Shown: positions 60,453-64,000 of the stretch, one piece after another
Numbering within the stretch: the stretch's first letter is position 1
How the letters are laid out: each line of letters starts with the position of its first letter
Program-made: the position numbers and the translations under genes
Notes under the pieces: model-generated
Databases searched by the model: none
Seen by the model: the letters and a program-made list of their open reading frames with translations, nothing else
What the model was told of the DNA's origin: nothing
Source: the human T2T-CHM13v2.0 reference genome, Homo sapiens
Direction: 5' to 3' (one strand)
Length of the DNA: 64,000 nt
Assembly: GCF_009914755.1 (NCBI RefSeq)
Contig: NC_060935.1

Positions 60453-60743
60453 AGCCAGGTGCAGTGGCTCACACCTGTAATCCCAGCACTTTGGGAGGCC
60501 TAGGTGGGTGGATCACCTGAGGTCAGGAGTTCAGGACCAGCCTGGCCAACATGGTGAAACCCCATTTCTACTAAAAATACAAAACAAAAATTAGCTGGGC
60601 GTGGTGGCACACACCTGTAATCCCAGCTACTCCAGAGGCTGAGACAGGAGAATTGCTTGAATGCAGAGGCGGAGGTTGTAGTAAGCCGAAATTGTGCCAC
60701 TGCACTCCAGCCTGGGTGCCAGAGCCAGATTCTGTCTCAAAAA
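60453..60743 (+). mobile_element. AluSx-like
   Basis: Full dimer; TSD AAGAAGGAAATTT. Confidence 0.9.
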
Positions 60744-61129
60744 AAGAAGGAAATTTATATTCTGTCCTGTTTAATTGTTCAATAACAATTTGCCGAGCTC
60801 ATAACTAATCTGTTAAGCATAAAACAGTTTCTATCACTGAAAGTAAGATAATAGTAAAATTAAAAATATCTCAGATATGATATTTCATTGCCCATTGGAC
60901 AACTACTGACTTCAGAGTCAAAGTCAAAGTCTTTAGCTTAACCTACAAGTCTTTATGGCATAGCCTTTGCTTAACTTCATCTTTCTCAATTCTCTCTGCT
61001 TCTAAAAGAAAACTTTCTGACTATAGGGAGCAAGTAGTCTAGTAGGGAAGATGGGAGAGAGTGAGTTTGGTTTCGTTCCTACATTTCTGATTTTAGAGGC
61101 TTTGAGGGAAGAGTGGCAGGAGGTCAAAT

Positions 61130-62020
61130 AATCAGACAAATAGAAGTAATATCATAGTTGTAACAAATGCCACAAAGGAGAAAAGCATGTTTTTATAATA
61201 ACATAAAATAAAATGTATTTCATTTTATCCAGGATGTAAGGGAAGTCAAAAAAGTCTTCTCCAAGGAAATGATTCCGTTGAATTCTAAAGGAAAATATAG
61301 AATTAACAAGACAAAGAGGGGGAGGGAAAATGTTGATGTAAGGAGGAAATAATATGTTCAGAAACCTTAGCATGAAAGCAGACTGTCGTACACAAAAGAC
61401 CCATGTGTCTTGTGTAAAGTGAGTGACTGAGGTACACGGCTTCAGATGTAATTAGAAAAATAGATATGGAATGAATTATATTAAGGAATTTATCTTTATT
61501 ATAAGAGCAATGAGAAGCTGCTGAAATATTTTAAACAGAAAAGTAACATGAAAAAATATATATTTTCAAAATAACATACTGGCTGCTATGTGGAAAACAA
61601 GGACAGATGTGGATTCAGGATGACCATTGATTTGTAAGCCTATTGTAATAAGACTATTGTAATAGAATAGTTAATTGATGACAGTGGCCTACTCAGGGCA
61701 ACGTGATAAAAATGAAGTTTAGATGGATCCTAGAGACATTTATGAAGCAAAATCAAGCAGATATTGTGCTTTGTTAGATGTGGGGTTTTGAGAGGGAGGT
61801 GGGAAACCTTTTTTTTACTGCATGCTCCCCAGGATTGGGTTAGGACCACCTTCTGTATATTCCTGTAACTCCTTGTACTGCCATCTTAGGATTTCTCATT
61901 TGATATTAAAATTGCTTGCTTACACTATATATTGTATATTGCAAGCTCCATGTCTTGCTCATTATTATATTTGTTGCACCTACTACCATGCCTAGTACAC
62001 AGCAGTTCTCAGAATTTGTG
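61130..62020. mobile_element. L2 fragments
   Basis: agagcaatgagaagctgctgaaatattttaaacag...actggctgctatgtggaaaa (minus); gcaagctcca...atgcctagtacacagcag (plus). Confidence 0.6.
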
Positions 62021-62799
62021 CAAGGAAAAAGTAGAAATGTAGAGACTTTAAAGTTGAAATTATTTTCATAGATGTTTAGAAAAAGGACAATTAGCTTTCA
62101 ATATAAAAAGCAGTAAGGTGTACTGAAAAGCAGTAAGATATCCTCAATGTTTAACTCTCAGCAGTGTTACAAATGTTTTCAAGTTTAGAGATGGACAAAG
62201 AATGCTTGCATACTCCAATAATGTCCACCTCCAATGAAAGCAAAGCAAACAGCAATTCCATTTGCAGTTATGCAGGACCTCAAGAAAGGGGCTTATATTA
62301 AACACCTTCAGACACAGATACTAATTCTAAGACCTGATAAATGCAGCATTTCTTCAACATTCTCTTCAGCAGTTATCCTCAGAGCTTAAGTCAATTCTTA
62401 GAGCTACTACCTGTGGCTGAATTGGAGGTGTCCCAATCTCCAGACTCTCTTAAAATGGAAAATAGTACTCTGCATGCACCTTCATCTAAGGGAATGCTAT
62501 TTTCTCAACCCTCTTCTTCTTTTCCTTTGGCCCATCCTCCCTTTTTGTTGTTTGTAAAATCTATGCAAGGATACCAATCAGTGTTTCTAATCATTTGTAT
62601 TGTTTTTAAATCCTCTTCTATTCCTTCATGAACCATCTTGAGTCACATTTCACATTTGATTACCTTGGTCTTTTCCTTTTGTACTTCAGATTTTTTCCAT
62701 TTATCTGGTAATTCTCTTTTGCCTACTGTGGCAGCCAACCTCCAAGTAAGATGGTCTCCAGTGATCTCACCTTCTGACATTCATGTTCTCTCTTAAAAA

Positions 62800-63089
62800 A
62801 AAAATAGAGGCAGGATCTCACTCTGTCACCCAGGCTGGAGTTCAGTGGTATGGTCATGGTTCACTGCATCCTTGACCCCCTGGGCTCAAGCAATCCTTCA
62901 ACCTCAGCTTCCTGAGTAGCTAGGACTACAGGTGTGTGCTACCATGCCCAGCTAATTTTTAAATTTTTTTGTAGAGAGGGAGTCTTGCTGTGTTGCCCAG
63001 GCTGATCTTAAACTCCTGGCTTCAAGCAATCCTCATGCTTCAGCCTCTGAAAGTGCTGGGATTACAGTTGTGAGCCACTGTGCCCAGCC
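62800..63089 (-). mobile_element. AluJ
   Basis: Reverse dimer with tgggctcaagcaatcct AluJ diagnostics. Confidence 0.85.
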
Positions 63090-63474
63090 AGCTATTCATG
63101 TTATTTTATAGTTACCTTCCTCATTGTATTTGATTTGCTCTGTCTGACCAGCAGAATATGGCTGAAATGATGGTATGCAATTTTACAGGTTAGGTAATAA
63201 AAGGCAGTGTTGTTTCCTGCTTCCTATTTTGGATCATTCACTCTAGAGAAAGCTGACTTCCATAACATGACAAGCGGCCCACATAGCAAGAAACAGACCT
63301 CTTGCTAACAGCCATGTGAATGAGCTTAGAAGCTGATCCTTCAGCCCCAATTAAGCTTTCAGATAACTGCAGCCTCAACCAACATCTGGACTGTAACCTC
63401 AGGAGAGACCTTGAGCCAAAATGGCCCAGCTAAGCAGCTTCTGAATTCCTGACCCTCAGAAAGTATGTGAGATA

Positions 63475-63779
<305 letters not shown>

Positions 63780-64000
63780 AGAAAGTATATGAGATAATAA
63801 ATGTTTGTTATTTTCAGTCATTAAGTTTTGAAGTAATTTGTTACATAGCAATAGATAAGTTAAACATCTATCCTTTTTAAGAACAGAGGATAGGAGAGCT
63901 GACTAGGAGATCTGTGTTTTAGGGTGGGCTTGGTAACTGGAAGTCTTTCCTTAAAATGAATTTTTAGAAAAGGAGAAAGCTTTGTGAAAGTAGGGGCTAA

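Overview
Human (hominid) intergenic DNA, consistent with chr11p15.4 next to the ZNF215/ZNF214/NLRP14 genes. This placement is recalled from the gene's identity, not read from the sequence. The only supportable protein-coding gene is RBMXL2 (hnRNP G-T, 17856-19034, +), an intronless testis/meiosis-expressed retrocopy of X-linked RBMX that lies inside a CpG island. The rest is dominated by interspersed repeats: a young AluYb8, older Alus, a dense nested stack of ERV LTRs with a decayed ERVL/MER21-type internal region (~8-16 kb), long L1 remnants (L1PB with a nested twin-primed L1PA, L1M types, L1PA), L2, MIR and DNA transposons. Repeat subfamily names are by-eye calls and boundaries are approximate unless TSDs are given. 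I do not see a new multi-gene system. The most interesting signals are (i) an inverted pair of MYB sites plus CCAAT boxes in the RBMXL2 promoter, (ii) an orphan CpG-rich promoter-like element at ~5.7-6.1 kb with ZNF143-like and CTCF motifs, (iii) a downstream duplicate of the RBMXL2 3' end that contains AATAAA, and (iv) several local templated duplications and fold-back structures.
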